From positions 1 to 41,767 of the forward strand of contig CAZQDQ010000001.1 of assembly GCA_964592455.1 (NCBI GenBank): a stretch of 41,767 bases of DNA. The letters run 5' to 3'. The stretch comes from an uncultured Pseudomonadales bacterium (lineage in GTDB: Bacteria; Patescibacteriota; Microgenomatia; UBA1400; MFAQ01). A program made the position numbers and the translations under genes. Shown here one piece after another: positions 7,793 through 16,306 of the stretch. The notes under the pieces were generated by a model, which worked only from the letters and a program-made list of their open reading frames with translations, did no database searches and had not been told where the DNA came from. Positions within the stretch are counted from its first letter, which is position 1. Every line of letters begins with the position of its first letter.

Positions 7793-9353
7793 GTTTGTTA
7801 CCATTGTAATTTTTTTCATTTGCTCCTTATACTTTTCTTTGTCACTAAATAAATCTGGGTTTCATTTACTAAGTTATGACCAAATTGGCAAAAAATCGGA
7901 AATCGTATTTGCTGAAGGACAACCATTACTTTCAGGTCAGGAGGTGGTTATCAAAACCAAAGCTGAATACAACAATTTGGGCAACATTTTAATTAGGTTT
8001 ACAAACAATGATCGAGATAGTGATGACCAATTAAGTTTTCGTTTGCATGACAGAAGTTTGAATAAAGAAATTTATTCCGCAGTCTATAACACCGATCAAT
8101 TTTTACCAGATGAATTTTTCCCATTCGGTTTTTTACCTATAGCGGACTCCAAAGACAAAGAGTACTCGGTCATAATAGAGTCATTAAACGGAAGCAGTCA
8201 AAGCGGTATTTACATATCAACCAAAAACCCAATTTTTGTTTTTCGCAGCATTTTAACTAAAGCCGAAGTTACAAAAAATCCTTGGCAACTATTAGAAATC
8301 ATACTTAGCAAAATAAAGTTTATTTTATCAAGTTATCAGCAAATCCTATCGCTACTAATTTCATATTCACCACTAGTTCTTTACCTCTTATTCACTTCTT
8401 TTAGTAGGTCCGCACCTATTTACCAAATAGTTGTCTTTGTTGTATCAACATGTTTTCTCTTTGTGGTAAACGGTGGGCAGCAGGACTACCTGTTAATATC
8501 ATTATCTATTTATTGGTTTGCTTTAAATATTTTTAGAGGTTTTCCAGACACAGCTAATCTAACATTCTTTTTTTTCTACTTTATTTCTGGTTTCATTTTT
8601 AACATTTTTAATTTTAGTTTTTACGCCAACACATCCTTCTCTCTAGGGTTAATGTTACTTATAACTTTTTTAGCCGCAAAGGTTCTTTTTTCAGAAAAAA
8701 AAGACAGCAAAACTCTAAGCAATTTCCTAAAAGATCTAAATAACTTTGAAAGAGAATCAGGTTTTAACTCAGCAAACATTATGATTTTTTTAGCCAAATT
8801 TATTTTTTATACGGTTATTCTTAAAAATGCGATTTACAGTTTTATGCAAATAGTTTCTATTCCAAAGACTTTAGCGGATTACCCAAGACTCTATAGTAAA
8901 GAGGCTCTCTCACTTCTTGTATTTGCTGTTTCTTTAATAATTGCCTACAAAATTGTGTATTTTTTAATAAAAAAAACTAAAGGTAGTTTTGTTTTTTATC
9001 CTTTACTTTATCTTGTTTTACATCTTTACTTTTTGGTCAATAGCAACATCTACGCCTATGTAATTAGTCACACATTGTTTCCAAAAATAATATCAATCAA
9101 TCCAAGCATCACTTCCGAGGCCTGGGTAGACGTTACTATCACTGGCAAAAATTTCCAAGACTTGCCCTTTGTTGGCAAGGTTACCCTGGCAGGGGAGGTT
9201 CAAGTAGAAAATGTCCACTACTGGTCCAACGAAAAAATAATCTTCCGCACTAACCCCACAACTACCAAAACTGGAGAGGTCTGTGTTCAAACTCTGTCAA
9301 AGGGTAATAGCAACTGTCTGCCTTTTGAGTACCACTTCGATGGTAAGAAATAA
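7782..9353 (+). CDS. Polytopic membrane protein. It has an N-terminal extracytoplasmic domain, a multi-TM core and a C-terminal IPT/TIG (Ig-like fold) domain.
   Basis: The N-terminal TM is FVTIVIFFICSLYFSLSL. A hydrophilic segment of about 165 aa follows, and then several TM segments. The C-terminal 90 aa (nt 9081-9353) read PKIISINPSITSEAWVDVTITGKNFQDLPFVGKVTLAGEVQVENVHYWSNEKIIFRTNPTTTKTGEVCVQT, which fits the IPT/TIG consensus pattern (P.I.sI.P......v.ItG.nF......v..g......v......i.......G.v.v). Confidence 0.6.
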   Translation: MKSKFVTIVIFFICSLYFSLSLNKSGFHLLSYDQIGKKSEIVFAEGQPLLSGQEVVIKTKAEYNNLGNILIRFTNNDRDSDDQLSFRLHDRSLNKEIYSAVYNTDQFLPDEFFPFGFLPIADSKDKEYSVIIESLNGSSQSGIYISTKNPIFVFRSILTKAEVTKNPWQLLEIILSKIKFILSSYQQILSLLISYSPLVLYLLFTSFSRSAPIYQIVVFVVSTCFLFVVNGGQQDYLLISLSIYWFALNIFRGFPDTANLTFFFFYFISGFIFNIFNFSFYANTSFSLGLMLLITFLAAKVLFSEKKDSKTLSNFLKDLNNFERESGFNSANIMIFLAKFIFYTVILKNAIYSFMQIVSIPKTLADYPRLYSKEALSLLVFAVSLIIAYKIVYFLIKKTKGSFVFYPLLYLVLHLYFLVNSNIYAYVISHTLFPKIISINPSITSEAWVDVTITGKNFQDLPFVGKVTLAGEVQVENVHYWSNEKIIFRTNPTTTKTGEVCVQTLSKGNSNCLPFEYHFDGKK

Positions 9354-9413
9354 CTTGATTTCTTCTGGTATCTTCCAATATTTTCTAATATTATCTAAAG
9401 TGTAAAATAAACT

Positions 9414-10811
9414 GTGGCTTGGATAAAAAAATATTTTTACCTTTTTCCTGTTTTATTTTATTTACCTGCGCTTGGTAACTTCTTTTCAGCTGACGACTGG
9501 TTTCATCTTCGTATCTCCCAAATAGACTCGCTTGAGCAGTTTTTTAACTTTTTTTCTTTTAGCCAAACCCCGCAATCCGCCAGCTTCTACAGACCTCTCT
9601 CAACTCAAGTTTTCTTTTTTATCTTCCAAAAGTTCTTTGGTTTAAATTCCGTTGCTTATTATTTGTTTGGTCTACTACTCTTTGGCTACTCAATATATCT
9701 CGTCAGAAAATTCAGCTCTTTATATCTGAGAACTGAGATCTGTAATCTAGCATCTATTATTTATGGACTATCTGCCTCAAACTTTACCAGACTTTACTTT
9801 GTTTCTGCTTTTCAAGAGTTATTTTTGGTAGTTTTCTCTCTTCTGACTTTAATTAACTTCAAGTCCAGGCCAAAGCTATCCCTTCTTTTTTTTGTTTTAG
9901 CTCTGCTTTCCAAAGAAACCGCCATCGTCCTCCCAGTCTTAGTTCTTCTCCTAAATTATAAATACATAGTTGCTAACAAGTTTAACAATCTGAGATCTGA
10001 GATCTTGGTATCTGTGATCTATTTGTATTTTAGGTTTTTTCATTTTGGTCTAGTCACAGGCGATAGTTATTTGTGGGACTTCTCACTAGTCAAAGCGGTC
10101 AATACGCTAATGTGGTATGTTCTTTGGTCTATTGGCTCGCCAGAACTGCTAGTAGACTACATTGGCTCCGGCCTAAAGCCAATACCCAGATTCTTTGTCG
10201 ATTATGCAAGCTGGTGGCCATTTATTGTTTTTCCACTTTTAGCAATCATTATCTCCACCATTACTATTTTCTTAAAAAACTTTAAAAAGTTAAACTCTTA
10301 TTTTTGGGTATTTACTTTGTTTTTTGTTATTAGCCTTTTGCCAGTTTTATTTCTGCCATCGCACAAGTTTGCACTAGAACTTGGCCTGCCATTAGTGGGT
10401 TTTGCTATTGCACTCTCAATCTTAATTAAAAAGTCAAACAATATTTTTTATTTTGTGTTTTTGGGAATTTTTATTTTTTACAATTTATCGATGAACTACC
10501 TAACTTACACCCGCCACTACTCAGTCAGTAGGGGACAGATCTCCAAAAATGTCTATCAATTTATTAATCAAAATTACCCTTCTCCTCCAGAAAATAGTTA
10601 CTTTGAATTCATAAACGATGCTCAAGATTACGGTCCCATCTGGGGGCAGTCAAAGCAGATATCCCAAAGCCTAAGCAACTCCGATTTTTTCAAAGTCTTC
10701 TATCATCAACCAGACTACATGGTTTATTATCAAGATGAGGTTGATGATAAACCATCTACAACCGGTTTTGCACCAATAGAACTTAGTACCAAGCAATTTT
10801 TAAACCAATGA
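9414..10811 (+). CDS. GT-C-fold membrane glycosyltransferase candidate (PMT/TMTC/YfhO-like)
   Basis: 465 aa with at least 10 hydrophobic segments. The acidic first-loop motif FSADDWFHL (D27-D28) sits directly after TM1, followed by FYRPLS, as seen in PMT/TMTC-type GT-C proteins. It starts at GTG 9414; there is no nearby ATG. Confidence 0.55.
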   Translation: MAWIKKYFYLFPVLFYLPALGNFFSADDWFHLRISQIDSLEQFFNFFSFSQTPQSASFYRPLSTQVFFFIFQKFFGLNSVAYYLFGLLLFGYSIYLVRKFSSLYLRTEICNLASIIYGLSASNFTRLYFVSAFQELFLVVFSLLTLINFKSRPKLSLLFFVLALLSKETAIVLPVLVLLLNYKYIVANKFNNLRSEILVSVIYLYFRFFHFGLVTGDSYLWDFSLVKAVNTLMWYVLWSIGSPELLVDYIGSGLKPIPRFFVDYASWWPFIVFPLLAIIISTITIFLKNFKKLNSYFWVFTLFFVISLLPVLFLPSHKFALELGLPLVGFAIALSILIKKSNNIFYFVFLGIFIFYNLSMNYLTYTRHYSVSRGQISKNVYQFINQNYPSPPENSYFEFINDAQDYGPIWGQSKQISQSLSNSDFFKVFYHQPDYMVYYQDEVDDKPSTTGFAPIELSTKQFLNQ

Positions 10812-12484
10812 CCAACAAATACAAAGCCGCCATTATTTTACTTTTTATTTTTTTTGGGGTTGGTTTTTTTCTTAGGGTTTATCGTCTAAATCAAAATGTT
10901 CCAGAGCTTTATTCTGACGAAGTAGGTCACTATTACTATTTAGAAAGCATTAGAAATGGGTCTGTGGGTTTAATTAGGCGTATTTCATATCTCTTTTTTA
11001 CAGCCAGCTGGCTTGTTGGCCTCAACCCTTTGGGTGTCCGTCTAGCTTCAGCCATTTTTGGATCACTAACTATTATCGTCGGTTTCTTCTTTGCAAAAGC
11101 TTTAGCAAAAAAATCACAAACCAATCTTTACCTTCGTGTCGCCCTCACTTTTAGTCTTCTTCTGGCTATTCTCCCGTGGAATTTTGCCATCAGTCGCCTT
11201 GGTCACACTCACATCCCTATTATTGTTTTTACGAGCCTTTTACATCTCTACCTCTATTTATCTGCTACCAAAACCCTCCCAAAAATTATCTCTTTTATTC
11301 CTTTCTTAATCGGCTCCTACTATTATCCAACCCTTATTCTTATGTCACCCTTAATTCTATTAATCCCTGCCAAACAGCTTTTTTGGGACAGTCAAAAAAA
11401 TAGAAAGCTAATTTTTTTAGCATCCATTATCTTTTTAGGGGTTACTAGTTCTTTTTTGGTCACCAAGTATAAAGTCTTTAACACCAGCTCCCGCGGCTTA
11501 GACCTTGCCATATGGCGCGATGTCAATGTTACCGCCGACTCAAATCTTTACCGAGGGCTAGCTAGGTCTAGTGTTCCTTCTATTTTTTCTTTTGGCAAAG
11601 ATCCAGAACAACTCTCTAACAAGATTCTCTATAACTACCCACTATCAATAATATTTAAATTCACCGAAAACTATTTATCTTTCTTCTCAGTTGACTCTCT
11701 CTTTTTAAGGGGTGACCCTATCTTGCGCCACTCCACCAGCATGACTGGCAATTTTTACTTATTTCTACTGCCATTTCTAATCTATGGTCTTTACAAGTTT
11801 TTTTCAGGTAAAACCGACAGACAGACAAAACTACTTATTACCCTCTGGTTGCTTGCTTCACCAATACCAGCCGCAATCACCAAGGATGGAGCCGGTTACT
11901 TGCTGCGCTCCATTAGTCTCTACCCACTTCTTACCTATTTTTGTGCTCTTGGTCTTGTTTATTCTTTAGAATTTTTTCAAAACAACTTTTCCAAAGTCAT
12001 TTACTTTGCCACTATATCAGTCATCGGCACTTTTTCTGTTTTTTACTATTTCTTTGGCTACTTTCATGTTTACCCAAGTTTAGCCAAAGACAGTTTTGAA
12101 TATGGCTTCAAAGCCTTGTCAGACTTTCAGCAAAATAATAAGTCTAAACTCCTCATTATTTGGGAAGATAAATATCCATATAGTCAATTCTGTTTTTGGC
12201 AAAAATTACCCTATTCTGTTTGTGACCCATCCAAAACCGATACCAGAGAATACTTGGGTGAAACCCGGGTAGATCTTCCCTCTCAAAGTATTTTCTTTAG
12301 TTTGCCAAGTACAGAAAGCGACCTGAAACAAGTAGTCAAAAAATACCAACCAGACTACGTTGCTTTATCTACTAGGTTTTTAGAAAACTATCCAAAATTC
12401 TTCCTAAACTACCAAGTAATCGAAACTATCAAAAATCCAGACGACACAGTTAGTTTCTTTATTTACCAATCTTCAGAAAAATAA
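10808..12484 (+). CDS. GT-C-fold membrane glycosyltransferase, ArnT/PMT_2 (GT39/83)-like
   Basis: 558 aa and polytopic. TM1 is followed by FLRVYRLNQNVPELYSDEVGHYY (D37-E38), the family's characteristic first-periplasmic-loop DE motif. The C-terminal third is hydrophilic. ATGA overlap with the upstream gene. Confidence 0.7.
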   Translation: MTNKYKAAIILLFIFFGVGFFLRVYRLNQNVPELYSDEVGHYYYLESIRNGSVGLIRRISYLFFTASWLVGLNPLGVRLASAIFGSLTIIVGFFFAKALAKKSQTNLYLRVALTFSLLLAILPWNFAISRLGHTHIPIIVFTSLLHLYLYLSATKTLPKIISFIPFLIGSYYYPTLILMSPLILLIPAKQLFWDSQKNRKLIFLASIIFLGVTSSFLVTKYKVFNTSSRGLDLAIWRDVNVTADSNLYRGLARSSVPSIFSFGKDPEQLSNKILYNYPLSIIFKFTENYLSFFSVDSLFLRGDPILRHSTSMTGNFYLFLLPFLIYGLYKFFSGKTDRQTKLLITLWLLASPIPAAITKDGAGYLLRSISLYPLLTYFCALGLVYSLEFFQNNFSKVIYFATISVIGTFSVFYYFFGYFHVYPSLAKDSFEYGFKALSDFQQNNKSKLLIIWEDKYPYSQFCFWQKLPYSVCDPSKTDTREYLGETRVDLPSQSIFFSLPSTESDLKQVVKKYQPDYVALSTRFLENYPKFFLNYQVIETIKNPDDTVSFFIYQSSEK

Positions 12485-14248
12485 ATGAGTTTTCTTAAAA
12501 AAAACTGGGCATACTTAGCAGTTGTTGTCTTTGCTCTTTTTTTAAGACTCTACAAATTGTCAGAAATTCCATCCGCGCTATACTATGACGAAATTGATTT
12601 GGGCTATCAAGTTCAATCCTTAAAGCAAACAGGTAAAGACTATAGGGGAGAATTTAGCCCTTTTTACTTTCGGTCTTTTAATACCGATAAGACTCCGCTT
12701 CCCATTTGGTTTTCGCTCCCCTTTAGCTATCTACCGGTTTCACCAGAGATTCAGGTAAGAGCAGGAACAGCCATAGCTGGGGTGTTTGTTGTTCTCTTGG
12801 CAATGAGCATAAGCAAACTTCTGTTTGGCAGTATTTCCACAACTATAATCACCGGTATTATTTTCGCCAGCTCGCCCTGGCTTATCCACTTTAGCCGCCT
12901 TGCTTTTGAGGCTCAGTTTGCTTTGCTTGGTCTATTTTCTTTCTTGTGTCTTTTTTTAGTATGGCAAAAGATCAACAGATACAAATACTTTTATCTTTCC
13001 TCACTGGCTCTTGGGCTCTCTGTCTACACTTACAGAACTATGAGTTTGCTATCCCCACTACTGGCGGGTGTAACTTTTGTTTTGTTTTATAAACAAATAC
13101 TTAAGTTGGGTTTTAAAAAAATATTAGTTGCTCTTATTGTGTTTGCCACGTTGTATTTTCCATTTGTCTATACAACTACCATAGGAGCTAAAGATCAAAC
13201 CAGAATTAGTCAAATATCAATTTTTTCCGACCCCAAAATCCCCATAGAGGTTCAAAGGAGTAGAGAGCTGGTTTCTGGAAACTTTGCAGATTCTTCGCTA
13301 GGTCAGTCGGCAACACTTCAATCTAAAATATTTCACAATAAAGCACTAACTTACATAGACAGATTCGTAAGTAATATTTTAAATAATTTTTCTGCTAACT
13401 TTCTCTTCTTAATAGGGGATAGCAACGGTAGACATTCAGCCAAAAACACCGGCGAGTTATTGTTAATAGACTTAGTTGCTCTTGTTGTTGGTTTCTATAC
13501 TTTACTTGGATTATTAAAAGATAAAAAAGTTGTTTTACTCCTTTTAGTGCTTTTCTTGGGGACTGTACCGGCCAACCTTACTCTAGACGGGGCCAATCAT
13601 GCCTCTCGGCTGATTACTTACGCTGGTCCCTTGCTCCTTGTAGTTGGACTGGGTTACAGCAAAATCTTAAACTTCTTGCAAAAAATAAAGTATGGCTGGT
13701 TGTTAAAACTTATTCTTATTCTCACTTGGATTTTTATTCTTACCCGTTTCTTAAATGTATATTTTTATCACTTTCCCATTACAAATGCCCGCGAATTTGG
13801 ATACGGATATAAGCAGGCGATACAAAAGATTGAAGAATATAAAAACAGTTTTGACAAAATTTATCTTACTGGTGTAAATGATCCTCCCATGTTGTATTAC
13901 TTTTTTTGGTCAAAAACCAACCCTGATCTGGTTCAAGAATACGGTACAGAATATGGTGACAATATCGTTAAGAACCATGAATTAGACAGAGTCAAACCTT
14001 TTTACCCCACTGATCTCTTGTGTAAGGAAAAAGAAATCGAAAAACTAAGCCCCAAAGCTATTTATATGGTCGATTTCAGAAACTTACCACTCGACTTTCG
14101 CAGTAGTGACAAAGACAAAGCTCCACAAGGCATAAAACTCCTCGACGTTGTTAAATATCCCGATAACGAAGTAGCTTATTATCTTGTAACCAGAGACACC
14201 AAAGAGGGAAAAGTAATTTCCCCAATCAAAGGCCAGTCCTGTAAATAG
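12485..14248 (+). CDS. GT-C-fold membrane glycosyltransferase, ArnT/PMT_2 (GT39/83)-like; paralogue of 10808-12484
   Basis: 587 aa and polytopic. FLRLYKLSEIPSALYYDEIDLGY (D35-E36) has the same layout as the preceding gene, and there is a C-terminal hydrophilic domain of about 170 aa. Confidence 0.7.
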   Translation: MSFLKKNWAYLAVVVFALFLRLYKLSEIPSALYYDEIDLGYQVQSLKQTGKDYRGEFSPFYFRSFNTDKTPLPIWFSLPFSYLPVSPEIQVRAGTAIAGVFVVLLAMSISKLLFGSISTTIITGIIFASSPWLIHFSRLAFEAQFALLGLFSFLCLFLVWQKINRYKYFYLSSLALGLSVYTYRTMSLLSPLLAGVTFVLFYKQILKLGFKKILVALIVFATLYFPFVYTTTIGAKDQTRISQISIFSDPKIPIEVQRSRELVSGNFADSSLGQSATLQSKIFHNKALTYIDRFVSNILNNFSANFLFLIGDSNGRHSAKNTGELLLIDLVALVVGFYTLLGLLKDKKVVLLLLVLFLGTVPANLTLDGANHASRLITYAGPLLLVVGLGYSKILNFLQKIKYGWLLKLILILTWIFILTRFLNVYFYHFPITNAREFGYGYKQAIQKIEEYKNSFDKIYLTGVNDPPMLYYFFWSKTNPDLVQEYGTEYGDNIVKNHELDRVKPFYPTDLLCKEKEIEKLSPKAIYMVDFRNLPLDFRSSDKDKAPQGIKLLDVVKYPDNEVAYYLVTRDTKEGKVISPIKGQSCK

Positions 14249-14268
14249 TTTAGTGTAAAATGCCTATT

Positions 14269-15297
14269 ATGAGTAAACAAAAAACTGCAGTCATTATTGG
14301 AGTTAGCTCGCAAGATGGATCTTACTTGGCTGACCTACTACTTACCAAAAACTACAAAGTTGTTGGTACTATTCGTCGATCTACTACCATGGTCCACGAA
14401 AACATCGAGCATTTAAAAGGAAAAATAATTATCACTGCAGCTGACCTTACCGATCAGGAATCTTTAAATAGAGTCATAATCGAACACAATCCAGACGAAG
14501 TTTACAACATCGCCGCCCAATCCGTCCCCGGCGATAGTTGGAGCCACCCCATTTACACTGGGGAAGTCACTGCGTTGGGACCAGTTCGGGTTTTTGAAGC
14601 CGTCAGACGTTTTGCTCCCAAAGCCAAAGTCTATCAGGCAACTTCCAGAGAAATTTACGGTGGCGTTGAAGGGGTGGAAAGTGCCAACGAAAAAACACCT
14701 GTTTTTGCCAATAACCCTTATGGTATCGCCAAGGCCTATGCCCATATGATGATTGATTGTTATCGAAAATCATACGGTATGTTTGTTTGTGGCGGTATGC
14801 TTTTTAATCACGAGTCACCAAGGCGTGGACTACACTTTGTTACTCGCAAAATCAGTATGGGTGTTGCCTGTATCAAATTGGGAATTAAAAACCCACCCAT
14901 AAATGAATTAGGCGAACCGCTGGTTGACAATAGCGGCAAAATTCACTTAGGTGACTTAGATGCCATGCGCGACTGGGGTTACTCCAAAGAATATGTAGAG
15001 GCCATGTGGCTTATGCTTCAGCAAGACACACCCAAAGACTACGTCATTGGCACCAATACCAATTACTCTATCAAAGATGCTTGTAAGGCAGCCTTTGACC
15101 ATGTTGGTCTAAAATGGGAAGAGCACGTTATTTCTAACCAAAAACTAATCAGACCAACAGAAATAACCGACATGAAAGGGGACTATAGTCTAGCCAAAAA
15201 GGAGCTGGGTTGGGAGCCAAAAGTTTTTATGCCAGAACTGATGGCAATTATGGTTGACGCCGACATTGACTGGCTTAAATCCCATAATGTAAAATAA
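14269..15297 (+). CDS. gmd: GDP-mannose 4,6-dehydratase
   Basis: AVIIGVSSQDGSYLADLLL, YNIAAQS, YQATSREIYG, PYGIAKAYAH (YxxxK) and LFNHESPRRG are all canonical Gmd blocks. The ATG at 14269 (MSKQKTAVIIG) is preferred over 14260. Confidence 0.9.
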   Translation: MSKQKTAVIIGVSSQDGSYLADLLLTKNYKVVGTIRRSTTMVHENIEHLKGKIIITAADLTDQESLNRVIIEHNPDEVYNIAAQSVPGDSWSHPIYTGEVTALGPVRVFEAVRRFAPKAKVYQATSREIYGGVEGVESANEKTPVFANNPYGIAKAYAHMMIDCYRKSYGMFVCGGMLFNHESPRRGLHFVTRKISMGVACIKLGIKNPPINELGEPLVDNSGKIHLGDLDAMRDWGYSKEYVEAMWLMLQQDTPKDYVIGTNTNYSIKDACKAAFDHVGLKWEEHVISNQKLIRPTEITDMKGDYSLAKKELGWEPKVFMPELMAIMVDADIDWLKSHNVK

Positions 15298-15300
15298 ACC

Positions 15301-16302
15301 ATGTCAGAACGACCAAAAATCTTCATCCCAGGTGAAACAGGTACATTGGGTCGTGGTGCTAACTTCGGCTTAAAAAATAAGTACGAATTGTTAGCTGGCA
15401 CAGCAAAAGAACTAGATCTTTCACTTGATGAAGGTTTTAGATATTTTGATTTTCTAAATCCTGACTCGCTCGAGCAAACTATAAAAAATGGTAATTTTGA
15501 TGTCATTTTAAATTTAGCGGGAGTGGCTAATCCAAACACTGCATCTGAGCAGGCAAAAATTGCTTGGCAAATAAACTGCTACGGTGTTTTGAAAATGTTA
15601 GATATTATTTCTAAAATGCCAATTGGACATAGACCAAAAGTAGTTTTACCTATGTCAGTACTTCAGTTTGATATCCAATCTTCTGGCACGGTTGACATTG
15701 ATCACCCTCTGAAAGCTTCTGGCAATGAGTACATTAATCAAAAAAACACTTTGTTCCATGAGGCTAAAAAGTTTTTAAAAGATGTAGATATATATTTCGC
15801 TTTTATTGCGAACACTACTGGTTACGCTCACCCAGAGGGTTACTTTGGACCGGATATTATGAGACAGTTAGTTAGAGGTGATAGTATTATTAAGCATGGT
15901 GACTTAGATCAAAAAAAGCCCTTTTTAGACTCTAGAAACGCTGGTCGAATACTAGCCTGCGCAATAAAAAATATGGGGAATGGTGGGCAACTTAGCATCG
16001 GAGATTCCTTTTTCATCGCTAGCGGTACAAATTTCCACATGATAGATTTTTTCAAAACAATGCAGAGAGTTGCCGGTAGAGTTGATGATTCTGAGTTAGA
16101 CGATCAAGATGATCCAAGGTTTGGCCAAAAAGCAAAAATTAAGGAAATAAAGTTCAACACGCAGATGTTAACCAAAATGGGTTTTAAGGAAGTTGGTGGA
16201 ATGGAATACATTGCTCAGTCACTTTATGAAGAAGCAATTAGAGTTAAGAATGGTTTGCCATTGCCACCGCGAGGGATATCCAAAAAACTTGAGGTAAGAT
16301 AG
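15301..16302 (+). CDS. Divergent extended-SDR (NAD(P)-dependent epimerase/dehydratase family). Candidate GDP-4-keto-6-deoxymannose reductase or epimerase-reductase.
   Basis: It has the N-terminal glycine-rich motif IPGETGTLG and a YxxxK motif (YINQK) at about residue 144. It lies immediately downstream of gmd. The sequence is too divergent to assign fcl versus rmd. Confidence 0.5.
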   Translation: MSERPKIFIPGETGTLGRGANFGLKNKYELLAGTAKELDLSLDEGFRYFDFLNPDSLEQTIKNGNFDVILNLAGVANPNTASEQAKIAWQINCYGVLKMLDIISKMPIGHRPKVVLPMSVLQFDIQSSGTVDIDHPLKASGNEYINQKNTLFHEAKKFLKDVDIYFAFIANTTGYAHPEGYFGPDIMRQLVRGDSIIKHGDLDQKKPFLDSRNAGRILACAIKNMGNGGQLSIGDSFFIASGTNFHMIDFFKTMQRVAGRVDDSELDDQDDPRFGQKAKIKEIKFNTQMLTKMGFKEVGGMEYIAQSLYEEAIRVKNGLPLPPRGISKKLEVR

Positions 16303-16306
16303 ATTA

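Noticed and set aside
9990-10003. Tandem CTGAGAT x2 (containing AGATCT palindromes) inside the GT-C gene at 9414-10811
   Set aside because: It has only two 7-nt copies within coding sequence (LRSEI) and no further structure or recurrence. It is probably chance.
10073-11969. Same-strand internal ORFs 10073-10285, 11176-11403 and 11784-11969 (also 16576-16782)
   Set aside because: They are out-of-frame ORFs nested in polytopic membrane-protein genes. The host frames show continuous TM-helix periodicity and family motifs.
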